NCBI GenBank assembly: GCA_000708835.1
Contig: DF237118.1
Coordinates: 1 to 64,000 of the forward strand
Length of the DNA stretch: 64,000 nt
Source: Klebsormidium nitens
Taxonomy: Eukaryota; Plantae; Klebsormidiophyceae
Reading direction: 5' to 3'
Part shown: positions 25,001 through 36,795 of the stretch, in pieces
Layout of the letters: each line of letters opens with the position of its first letter
Position numbering within the stretch: the first letter of the stretch is position 1
Notes under the pieces: model-generated
Seen by the model: only the letters and a program-made list of their open reading frames with translations
Databases searched by the model: none
What the model was told of the DNA's origin: nothing
Made by a program: the position numbers and the translations under genes

Positions 25001-28000
25001 CCAAGGCTGCTGCGCACATACATATTCATTTTATCTAAGAACATCAACCGTACTTAAGCTTATCCCTTCAACAGCTCGCAAGGAGGCAGTAGAAGCCGCC
25101 GAAAAAGGCGCAGCGCTAGTGGCGCGAGCAACAGGAGAAAGCGGCGAAGGCTGCTGCTAGGAACCTGCACTACCCAGTCCTTCTTTGCAGAATGCAGAGA
25201 CTCGAAAGCTTCTGAAATTTCATAGCTCGTAAGGAGGCAGTAGAAGCTGCCGAAAAGGCGCAGCGCGAGTGGCGCGAGCAACAAGAGAAAGCGGCGAAGG
25301 CTGCTGCTAGGAACCTGCACTACCAAGTCCTTCTTTGCAGAATGCAGAGAATCTAAAGCTTCTGTTTCTCAACAGCTCGCAAGGAGGCAGTAGAGGCCGC
25401 TGAAAAGGCGCAGCGCGAGTGGCGCGAGCAACAGGAGAAAGCGGCCAAGGTTGCTTTGCAGCCACATGATCCCTTTTCTTACATAATTGATCTTCTGCGA
25501 ACATCAACCTCATTTAAGTTTATTCCTTCAACAGCTCGCAAGGAGGCAGTAGAAGCCGCCGAAAAGGCGCAGCGCGAGTGGCGCGAGCAACAGGAGAAGG
25601 CGGCCAAGGCGGCCGAACCCGCGGCCCCCGAGCAGCCCCCGGCGCTGGCGCCCGAAGGGGCCCCCGCTCCCCCAGTGGTCCCGCAAGAGGGGGGTCCGGA
25701 AGAGGGGCAATCGGAAGGGGGGGAAGAGGCGGAAGCTGCGTTGGAAGGGACAGAAACTGAGGGAGGGGGCGCGGAGGAAGGAGAAGAGGTGAGGGACTGT
25801 GTGGCAGTTTGTAAGCGAGTTCAAGTTTGGAATTTTTATGGTGTGCTTGGCCTGAAGAGTTTGCGTAGCGACAGGCGGGGTGCAGGTAGGGGGAGAGGCG
25901 GGAGTCTGACATCGAGGGGGCTGCGTATATGAGGAGGGCTTCCTTGCAAGTGGTGAGATTTTTCTGACGGAGTCTTCTGCGCTGTAGCGAGATTGTCCGC
26001 GCACTTTTGACGTTTCTCAGGAGCTCGATCTGTCGTAGTGGTTGGACGCACCTTCCGCGCTTTTCAGGAGCTTAGATTCAAGACGAAATTTACAGAATAC
26101 ATGAAAAGCAAGAAGGAGTGTTTGAGCGACTACCCATGTTCACTTGCACACGATTTGTATCTTGTCCTAGCGCAGTATTCACAAACACACATCTCCATCA
26201 ATGTCCGTTCGTCAAGACGGAAGACTTTTCTTGTCCGACAGAAAGCAACTTTCGTGCGACTAATGAGACGACGACTTCTACACCTGTACATAGGAAGCTT
26301 CCACTTCGCCACAAGCATGACGTCATTCTTACCACTCCCCCCCCGCAGGCAGCCTCAGAACTTTTCCCCCCGGGCGAGGAAGATACAGCTGCGAACGCTC
26401 ACAAGCTGTCTGCCTGAACCTTCATTCATCTGCAAGCATGGCGTAATTCTTTCTTGTTCCCCCCTGCAGGCAGCCCCAGAAGTCCCCCCCCTGGGCGAGG
26501 AAGACGCGGCCGCGCATGCCGGCCAGCTGTCAGCAGAGGAGCTCGGCCGGCGGGTGGCAAGCCGATGGACTCACAACGAAGAGGCGGTCGGGGATGTGCA
26601 ACTAGAGGCGGAACAAAAGTTGGATCAAGAAGGGGAGGACTGGGCGGCAGAAGCGCGGGAGGAGGCAGAGCAGTACGGCGAGGTGGGGGGAGAAGAACTG
26701 GTGGAGGAAGGGGGGGAAACGGGGGGGGAAACCGGGGGGGAGACGGAAACAGCGGAGGTACCGGCGACGGAGACAGGTAAGCACGAGGAAGGGGCTGTAT
26801 GGGAGAAAATGAAGATAGTGTCGCTTGAGCTTGACCTGTTTCAGTTTCCCCATCGCTGCACACTGTGTGCAGAACGGAGAAGCTTCGTGTGTGGATCAGC
26901 ATCTTATGCGGAAGCTTTTCTGCATCCACTCTACTCCGTTTCTTTTCAAAACGCTGCCCGCAATCTTCACCACACGCTTTCTCCCTCCTTGAAACCTCCT
27001 CCTTTAATCTGCACATGGGCAGTCCAGAGAAATCGGCTCATCTTTCTATATGTCCAGTATTTGACAGTAAAGTTGGTTAGATTATGCAGGCTCACTCCTC
27101 GCCTCCGTGACCGGTTTCTTCCGGCGGGTGTTGCCTGAGTCCGTCGCCCGTCTAGTTGTCCCGGGGCCTCCCCCGCACGTGCAAGACTCAGGTGGGGCGC
27201 CGCTCACAATCTTATCGAAGATACTCGTTTCTTTCTGAATAAGCTGAGTTGAGGTATCGGCGAAGGAAACACAGACTGCAAACACGGCTTCGCTTAAGGG
27301 GAAGGTCATAACTGCAGAGTGGAGCGCTCGTATTCTTTTGTATCCTTATGCTGCTTTCAAGCTAAAGGCGCAGCCTACCTTTGTCGGTGGCGTATTGCAG
27401 GATCGTGTCGTCGCTTTTTCTGTGATCCGATGCCCGGTACATCATCGCGCATCTGCACAGATTAGGAGCATGCGTTTCGAGATATCGTCCCTGCTGCCAA
27501 TAATGGGGATCTTTGAAGAAGGTTTACTCAGTCGGAAGAGCAAACTTGCGACGCTCTTGCACAAAGCAAGACCTCGTGGATATCAGAACGCTCCGAAGGC
27601 CGAGACCGCACCTGGCTGCGAGGTGAAGCGTATGCGTTTTGAACGGACGTCCGGATTGTCTAAGTTGAATCAGCTCTAGTTGAAAGCAACGAGCTCGAGA
27701 ACCTTCTGGCGCCCCTTTCGGGCAAAACCCTATGCGTTCAACTTTCACAAGCCCTGAAATCGTAAAAGCTCAAAAGTAAAAACATTTTTTATTTTGCTGC
27801 AGAGGTGGAGAGCGTACGTGCGGAGTGGAACGTGGCGCAGTCGAAGCTGACGGAGTTCTCGTCGAAAGTAACTGACCTAGAGACGAAGCTTGGCCGCGAC
27901 TACGGGCCGGACGACGTGTTTGTGGCGCTCGCGGACGAGTGCTTTGAAGTCCCCGTGAAGCAGTGAGCAACGACCCCTAGGTTTTAACTCAAGTTTGTTT

Positions 28001-30580
28001 TTCGGGTCTTCGTGATCACAGGTTCGAAGATCTGAAGGAAGGCGTTTGTGGCACTCTGCGAGTCCCTTTGAAGCAGTGAGCTACGGACCTAAACAGCCAT
28101 CCCAAAGATCGATTGAGGCTTGCTTCAGGTTTGACGATTCTGCGATATTCGCATGCTCTGCAATACCGGAAGACCAGTATTGACCCTTCTCCGACTTGGA
28201 TGAACTCTAAATTCTTAAAAAAGCAATTTTCATTCAGGTCTTGTCACTTTCTCAGAACACCTTTGACGTCGGAGTCTAGGATGTACCCTATCAAAGAGCC
28301 TGGATTCGAGGGGGGCCTTTCCCGATATCCTTCCTTACACTTTCTGCTGTTCTGCACATGTTGCTCGCCAGCACTTTTCTTGCTGTTTGGCACATGTTGA
28401 TCACTTACACTGTTGATGCGCAGGTACAAATACAAGGTTTGCATGTTTGGCGACGCGACTCAGGAGGAGAATGGGCAGAGTGTCCGGCTCGGGTAAGTTT
28501 CCCAAACCTTATAACCTTGATATCTTGCAAAGCTTGAAAGACCAAAAGTAAGTACTCGCAATCAACCAGACCCCAACACCCTAGAGACAATAAACCCTTA
28601 TTTGAAACCAACGCTAAAGCGGCTCATTGTGCCCCATCACACTCCTTTCTGAGTGAAACATGAGTTGCACATGCTGGACTTGATGTTGTTTTGTGGCACA
28701 GTGCGAACAATTCGTAGCTGCAGCTTCTATTCAAGATGCTTTCCGCCTATTACTTCCCCTGCAAACTCAGTCTTACGAACCCGAGGGTTTCGAGCCAGTG
28801 CCTGCAATGCGCGAATCTAAGACAGGCCAGTTTTTTCAAACACGCAAGTAGCGCCATTGACGGGAAGTCTTTCTTTGTTTCTTTCAGGGGCTGGGCAGGG
28901 TGGCTGGACAACTATAGCGCGTTCCACTTCACAAACGGCCAGCACTGCTGGAACGGGCCGATGCGGAGCCTCAAGGTACGGAGCGAGTCGGGCCTTTGGC
29001 AGACAGTGTTCTAGACGGTAGCTTTTATTTGATCTCCTTGAGATTGGCAAACTCTGTTTTACCGAGAATAAGACAAGCTGAGTGCATTCGAACTTTGGCA
29101 CGGAGGGTTGATAGCAGAGGAGGGTAATCGAGAAGTGTCAGGATCAGCAACCGAACAGGAGTTCATCTCAGAGCACGTCAGATTGCATCTCTTCCTGTAT
29201 ATTCTGGCTCTGATATAAATGTGCGCTTCCCCTTTCTCAGGTGCGCCTCCGGTGCGGCCCTAAGAACGAGCTAAGCAACATCAATGAGCCAAGCCGCTGC
29301 GAGTGAGCCCGCGCTTTCTTTTGCTGCTTCTTACGTCCCCCGTTTCTCCTTCTATCTTGCGGGGAAACAAATGCGAGCATTGAGCATCTGAAGCTGTTGA
29401 ATCTCTCCTTTTAAAAGTCCCCGTTCTCTTGAGCAAGCAGCGGTAAGAGGCAAGAGTAGGAACGTACATACAGGGCAGAAACGAAGTGCGGAGATGCGCG
29501 AGTCTTTTTTTTGAGTTGCTTTTGTTTTCTTCCGCTCGACCGGGTAGGACTGGTTCGATTAGAGGGAGAATATCACCAGAGCTTGCCCGTTAGCCTTCGC
29601 TCGTGATTGTCTGGAAGTAACATTTCATGCTTACAACGTAGGAGCTTGTAGTGCCTCAATTAGAAGCACTTAGGTGACCGCGCACGTACTCTGAGCCGCC
29701 TTCTGTCGGCTATTTTATCTTCTGAGAACTCTTCTCCAGAGTTGGATGCGACAAATATACTGATGATCTGTACGCCGATGCTCCTTGTACAAGAATCCAA
29801 CATATCAAACCCGTTGATACTTCGTCAGTCGCATTTCCGTTCAAACCTTGTCAGAATTCCACGTAACCGTAAGCTCTTTTGATGGGTCATCGTTACTATT
29901 CTATCCTGTTTCAACATAGATTCAAGCGGTCAAATCGAATCACAGCATTCTGATATTTTGTGGGGGGGTCGGTCTGCAGGTACACGGCAGACTTGGCGAC
30001 CCCCGCGCTCTGCACGGACGAAGCGACGAAGGTACTGCCTGCTTCTGTCATTTCGACACCTTCTCTTTCTTCTATCGCTTGGTTGATCATACCCTTCGCC
30101 GGGGAAGCAATTCATAAACGGTTGGAGAGCTGAGGCGTAGCTTTAAGTCTCCAAAGTCGGCTAAGCACTTCTGGAAGGCGTTTTGTGCCGAAGAAGCTCC
30201 AGTCAGTCTTTTCTTGCGCACGAGGTCCTTGCCCCACCTTTCGTTCCGACGGCAAGTAGTAAACGCCGAGTTTGCGAGCCCTTCTGCGTCTCCTCTTCTG
30301 CAACGTGGCGATTGGTCGCCTGGACAAGTTAGGTCAAGGGTGCCACGATGGTTTGCGATTGGCCGAGCTGCCCACCTTCGAAAGGCATCTCTCTTTTTTG
30401 CCTTTGAGGGAGCGGTTACCTGGGTACCTCGGGGAAGGTTTTGTTGACAATCCCATTTGCGAACGCGAATTCTACCGCGGTTGCTCAGGCCAAAGAACTT
30501 TGTTTGCCTTTGTGCAGGCTGTCAAGGAAGAGCTTGCCAGTGCCGAGAGGATAGCAAAAGAACTGAAGGACGAACTGTAA
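22024..30580 (+). CDS. PRKCSH: Glucosidase II beta subunit (PRKCSH/PSL4 family)
   Basis: Signal-peptide exon 22024-22177; LDLa-like [20 protein letters not shown] and [17 protein letters not shown]; acidic/coiled middle; MRH domain ([52 protein letters not shown]); ends KELKDEL* (ER retention) at 30580. About 14 exons. Confidence 0.95.
24920..25610 (+). repeat. Five tandem copies (143-159 nt spacing) of acceptor plus first ~74 nt of a PRKCSH exon
   Basis: ag|CTCG(C/T)AAGGAGGCAGTAGA(A/G)GC.GC.. starts at 24932, 25075, 25226, 25376 and 25535. Only the last continues into the full exon. Confidence 0.95.
26341..26530 (+). repeat. Decayed upstream copy of a PRKCSH acceptor and exon start
   Basis: gcag|GCAGCCTCAGAACTTTTCCCCCCGGGCGAGGAAGATACAGCTGCG (26349) versus true gcag|GCAGCCCCAGAAGTCCCCCCCCTGGGCGAGGAAGACGCGGCCGCG (26470). 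Confidence 0.85.
27915..28090 (+). repeat. Decayed downstream copy of a PRKCSH exon end and donor
   Basis: True ...tttgtggcgctc...tgaagca|gtgagcaacgacc (donor 27963) versus copy ...tttgtggcactc...tgaagca|gtgagctacggacc (28076). Confidence 0.7.
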
Positions 30581-31951
30581 ACGGATGTGCGCGGGAACTT
30601 ATTTAGTCACAGATTAAGCACACTTTTTGGTCAATGAAACTGGTTTCGTATGAAGTACAAATGATGATGTGGATTGCTGTGCTTTGCCTGCGATCGAGGA
30701 TCCCGGCACGGCTGAAGGAGGCCTATCCTTTGCACCCGCACCTCAGTCCCTACCTTTTGTCGAGGACATTGGCCCTGAGCGCCGCATGCGGACTGATTGG
30801 ATCGTGTATGCATTGCCTTGGCCTCGTGGGTGACCGTTTGACTCAACTTTGGAGGCGTTGGGTAATGCTGCATCGGAAGCAGGCGCCGGTCAACACCAAG
30901 AGCACTCTACGACCCGAATTCTGCAAGTACATGCGCCTTCCCCCCGCCCTTATCCGACATGATTCGATGAGTTGATGAATTCTTTTGCACTGCACTTAGC
31001 CTGTACGCACGCCATATCACAAGTACACACAAACACGAATATGGGGCGCAGCTATCAAGACTAGTCTCTGTCGCATATAGTATTGAACCAGGCGCGAACG
31101 TTGTCAAGTGCCATATGAGTCATGTTACTAAAGCACGTACATGTACATGTGATTGCTGGTAACAGGCCTGCAATTTAGCGAGACTCGATATATTCTGTAT
31201 ATATATAGATCATCTACATCATTAGCATATAAACGTATGAATGATGCTGCCGCCGGTTTATAGACCGGGCCCGGCGATATTCAAAGCTCTAGGTTTGCAG
31301 AAGCCTGAGGGCACTCAGTTAAACATGTGCCTCGAACATATCGCTAGGTATATAATGACGGCACTAGATTTTTGATGAACTAGCTTATGTGCCAGAGCTG
31401 CAGCTATAAGGCATAACGAGAGTTTGCATGAGAGAAACGGACCGCGCGCACCCATGCACATAGTTTCGCATGGTCACTCATCGTTCGACTTACCATGGAC
31501 ATTACAAGCACCGGCAACGACAATCTTACCGCCTCAAGCTTTCACTGTGGACTTGAGGCATGCACCGTGCCCCTTTCGACAAGGCGGCAGCTTAAGCTGA
31601 TATACCAAAACCGGGAACTCACTTGTGGGCTTGAGATCCTGTACACACGATGCCCAACGCCTAGCTTTATTATACGCTCGCTCAAATCATTACCGCGGCA
31701 ACGACCATGAAGTCTGCCGAATGAAAACCAGCCTTCCACTCAACTTCCCTCTATCCTTTGCGGGCCTTTCTACTCTATAACTGCTTACCCCTACTCGTGA
31801 CAACACTAGGCTGTTGATAAAGCTAGGCGCCTACGGAACTTAACCTACATACATTGGCTGTATCAATTTCAGGGCCGCTAGATCACCATTACCAGATTGC
31901 AAACCGTGACCTTAAGATTTTAATCTTGCCAACGGAAGCGACATAGGCATT

Positions 31952-34900
31952 TTAATACCCTTGTGACATTCGCGACTGCACTGGCCGTCGGCTCGGTTGT
32001 GCAGACCCCGGCCGCCGAGCAGGGCTAGAGGGCGGTTCCGGTAAAACTTGCTGCTTTTGATAGTTAAGCAGAGACGTGAGGCCTTTCACGACAACGCTCA
32101 TCTTAGGCCGGAAGTCCGCCTCGTATTGGGTGCAAAGCGCCGCAACCGCCGCCATCTGGCAAGACAGGGGAAGAAGGATCAGCAGCTAATCAGCTTCCTA
32201 GGTAGTCAGAAAACGTGGCGTCAGAAATTGGGTGAACGAGCTGGATATTGGTTGCGAAAACACCCTTTACGAAACGTATATGTTGCGTTGCTAAACGAGT
32301 CCAGATGTTGCTAGCACTGTCACTGCTTCATACTATAAGATCAAGGCAACAGACAATCTCGGAAAAGACATACTTGCAGAGCGTGTGATGTGGTGTCAGC
32401 AATAGTCAGCGGGGCCTCACCTTTGCGACAGCCTTGGTCGGGTAGTCGCCGTTCAGCTTGGGGTCCATGATCTGCTTCACCTTGTCCTCCGTCAGCCGGG
32501 GCGTCGCCTGCGAAAAAGTCCCGCTGCTAGTTAGCGAAGCAAGGCAGCGGAAGTCGAGATGTTAGCGGGAACATGTCGGCTACGGGCCGGTATGTGAAAA
32601 GAACATAGACGGGATGGAGGATTCAAGGGTTACTTTCTGCAAGCGCCGAAGCGGAGCAAACCAGATCACGGACAACCTCGACAAGGCTAAGCAAGCTGCA
32701 CAAGTCCAGCACGTATTTCAAGCGACGATGCTACTATCTCGTACCGTGCGTTGCATTCTATTTTTTCCCAACGAAGTGTCTATACCTCAGACGTGAATGT
32801 AGAATCCGAGCAGGACCCGAGCAAGGGGAGAGTCCACCACCAAAGCGAAGTCCAACAGAAGTTCTTTCAAATGGCTATTTACGACACTCCATGAAATTTG
32901 GAACGGGAGAAACCTGCACTGCGGCCTCACCCACGTCACGAGGCTCTGCTGGCCACGTGGCATCTTGTGATCCACCGGTTTCCGCCCCGTCAGCAATTCA
33001 AGCAAGACCACCCCGAAGCTGTAGATGTCACTTTTGGCAGACAATTGACCCGTCATTGCGTACTCAGGTGCGTGGTACCTGTCAATAAAAGCCAGAGTTC
33101 AGTCGAAGACGCGCCATTTCAGAAAACGGTTGTAACGACGGCAAGACTTTCCATTGATCAAGCTACAAGCAGGCATCTGTTTGAATGACAAATGAGGCAC
33201 GGTAGGCACTCTCGTAAAGCTCCAGCCGAGTGGACGAAGAACGGTTTGCCGAAGCAGAATTGGCATCAGGAGGTGCAGACCGTTCTCGCTTGGATCAACC
33301 TACGAGAGCAATCGGTTTAGGTCCTGTTCTTGGCAAGCAAATCGCGACATGCGTATGAGAGTTCTGAGGAAAGTGTATCCTACCCGAAGGTGCCAAGGAC
33401 ACGTGTCGACTGGAGGCGCGACGCGGCGTCGGGCGCCAGGCTGGCGATATTGAAGTCGCCAATCTTGGCGTTCAGTTTGTCATCCAACAGCACATTGGAC
33501 GATTTGATGTCTCGGTGCACAACAGGGGGTGACGCCCCTTCGTGCAGGTATCTGTGCGGAGCAGGAATGGTTTAAGGGCTGTAGCTTTGGAACACTTTCG
33601 TTTCGAGGGGTTAGGATTGCTCATGGCTTTGAGGTGAAACTTGATGTTGCGGTGCAGGCCCGTGAGCAAGCAACCGCAAGCGAGTTTCTGAGAACTATCT
33701 ACACCGATCTCAAACACGGCGGCTTTACGAAGTTTTCACAACTCGCGGCACCTCCAATCTGCAAGTCGAGAACCTGCTTCCGACGCGCAGCTTGAAAACT
33801 TGGGAGGCAAGAGAGCCTCTTAGGCCGTGATTTTCTTCCGCACCCCGCTCATTTTTAACACAAGGGTCCCTTAATCTTGCTGCAAACCACCCAAGCGAGA
33901 CCCTGGACATATTTGTAGAGGCGGAACTCACAAGCGGGACATGGGTTCAGAAGCACGACGGGTATCACGCGCTTATCGGGTCGAATTCCTACCATTTGGG
34001 TGCATCGCCGCCGATGATGACACGTCGTTGCCAACCTTCAAAAAGAGTGTCACGAAGGCTCTTGGAAGGGTTGGTAAGAAAGCGCAACTCACTCTAGGCC
34101 CTTGGCCGCCCCCAACGCAATCCGCACCCTCGCCATCCAGTCCAAGACGGGCCCTGGCGCCGACCCCTTCACGCCTTTCCTTCCTGCGAAACGGAGGCCA
34201 AAGAGGACGTGAGCGAGCGAGCGACTCGTGATTCGAATTCTGGGTTCTTGTGCACATCGGATAGGTCATCATGACTAAGATCGGTCCCAGGGTGGACAAA
34301 AGCGAGCAGATTTCATCAATCGAACGTCGATACGTCGTTGGTCACTGGTTGCAAAGATTGACGAGGGGCTCCTAAAGGATATTCTTGACGTTATGGTAAA
34401 GGTGACGCTTAAACGAGGCTGCTGACGCTCAGGCAGAATATAGCGCGCGGCGCGTCTCTGGACAGCCATAAAGTCATCTTGTTTCGTCTCAAGGACTTTC
34501 TACGTGTCATCAGTCCCATACATTCGAGCAAAAGGGCAAGCCTTCCTCCCAGCACGATGTCAACGATTGCCAAAAGAAAGGTGAAATGAACAAGAATGGC
34601 GAGCAGAATTTGACTAGCACCGCTGGATACATGCGTACAAAATGCCTGTGCTCTGCACGTTTGAAGAAGACAAACCTTTGATCTTAGATAAACACGGTTT
34701 CCTCTTCCTACTTGTTCCCAGGGACTCTTCTCACCGTGGATGTAATCGTGCAAGCTGCCGTTTGCGCAGTACTCGTAGCATAGGATCCGCACCGGACCCT
34801 CCATGCAGTAACCCAACAACTGGAGCACGTTGTCGTGCTTCAAGCGGCTCACCATTGCTACCTGCGACCTGCAAATGGGGGAAACCGTGGAGGTTTAGCG

Positions 34901-36795
34901 ACTCAATTGTCAGGAAAAGCCTGAAGCTCAGGAAACGTAAGGTGACAATCTAAACGGTTGGGCTTACTTAGTGCGATTGGGGTGCGTTTGGGTGCGGAGT
35001 AGGAAAACTTCGGGGTTGGGATCCTCTTAGGCCTAACCATTTGCATTACAAACTACTCGTTCGTTGGAGAGTCATCGTGGCGAGCGGCTTCACAACTTGC
35101 TAGGCTGTTTCCAGACGCGCAGTTTGTGTGTATAAGCGCTCTCCAACTGAATGGAGTCGACACTGGCCCCTCGATAGGACTAAGTATCGAGAACAACCCA
35201 GTGAAGAACCGGCATCTCAATCGAATTTGACATGCTACCCACGTTTTTTTTCTTCCAACAGGGAAGGAAGTCAAGCCCCAGTAAGGCATGCCCTCAAAAG
35301 AAGTAGCGACGGCAAACTCCTCTTTTGGACAACCAAGACAACCCCGGAGGCAATTTTGCATAACGTCGACCAACTGTAAGCTTGCTGCAAACGAAGAACA
35401 AGGTACACTAGCACAAGACGTGAGAAGCTCGCTCCAGAACTCGCCCAGCAAAGAGGCACTGCAGTGTACACAGGACGAGAGATATTGTTTCTGACAGCTT
35501 CAGCCGCTTGCTGGAAGTCCGATCTCTCTGAGAGATTGACCTGTGTGTATACCAATCCGAAACTTCAAAACCTCTCCTCCTGCCTATTTCTTGCCGTGAG
35601 GTTGGACTTGCTATTCTTCTTTCTCGATCGGATCGCTTACTTCTTGAAGCAAGTAGATTTCAAAGGCACTCGAACGACAGAACATGAAAGATCTCTACAA
35701 CCAAGCCCGCTCTCTATCGCGCGCACCTGAACTCCTGCTCTGGCTGCGGTGTCGAGTCCAGCTTTTTGATGACCGAGCCCCGCCCGTCTTGCATCGTTCC
35801 GTAATACACGCGCCCAAACGATCCTTCCCCCACGAGGGCTGTATGCCCAAAGTTGTCCGTCGCAGCCTTCAACTCTGCCAAGGTGAATCGCTGCACGGGA
35901 CGGCCGCAGAGTCAGCACCATAAAAGAACTTGGATGCTCTGTCAGCATACTGATAACGGAGCATCAGGAGACGGGCCGCTGAAAGCTTAGCAAGTTCTTT
36001 GTTCTGCAAAAGAGGGACAGGAAAGAGGAGGAAGAGGGAGTCGACTTGGGACGTAATCCAAGCGAAGCAGGGGGATGTTATGGAATGAGAAGAACAGCTT
36101 CTTCTGCCGCTTGAAAACTAGAGAGCTTTCTGTTGGAATTTCTTGGGAAGAGTCATACCTTGTTTTAGCCTAAAGCTATAGACAAGCGCCCGGATCTTAC
36201 CAAGCTTGCAGAAGAACATACCTTTCCAATTCCATCACGACACGATCACTGAACAAATCTGCGTGAAGGTGAACTATTGAGAAGGATGTCTATTTGTATT
36301 GTCTAACATGTCTTAGACACGAGCGCTCTAAGCTGACGAATTCAGGCATGAGTCAGCGTGACCGTTGAGCACTGTCCAGCACAGAGCCCCGTCTTGTTCG
36401 CTGCTGCCTCAACATCGAAACTGCACCGCTACCACACAGTACAATTCCAAACAGGACAACCACTGTTTTAGTTTTCACTCGTTTTCAGCGAAACAGGGCA
36501 ACCATTGTTGTGAGTTTTCAGTCGTGTTCAGCAAAAGCAGCCTTCGCAAAAGAATGACAGCACTTTTGTGAATATGGCGGGAATGGGGAGATAAAAGGTC
36601 TCCACTGCATTTTGATTCACTCACCGGGACCAACGGCGCATCGCTGGAGGCCGCTGGCGGCGCCGCCCTCTGGCGCGGCTGCCCGAGCCTATTTGGCTGC
36701 CCGTACGGGTCCGGATGTTCCTTCCCTGGGTACGGTGACGAGTGACCATATGGCTCGTCATCCGCCGTTAGTGGTCGAGATGTGCAAGTCCCCAT
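31952..36795 (-). CDS. PTI1: Pto-interacting protein 1-like receptor-like cytoplasmic kinase (RLCK-VIII), 8 exons
   Basis: MGTCTSRPL start at 36795; [68 protein letters not shown], the PTI1-typical DFN in place of [54 protein letters not shown], and [17 protein letters not shown]. Stop at 31952. Confidence 0.94.

Noticed and set aside
25520-27016. Pro/Gly-rich minus-strand ORFs (25520-25912, 25528-26004, 26426-27016, 26602-26853)
   Set aside because: Antisense shadows of the GC-rich acidic PRKCSH exons.
30634-30975. 113-aa ORF just after the PRKCSH stop
   Set aside because: Probably 3' UTR; no domain or codon-bias support.
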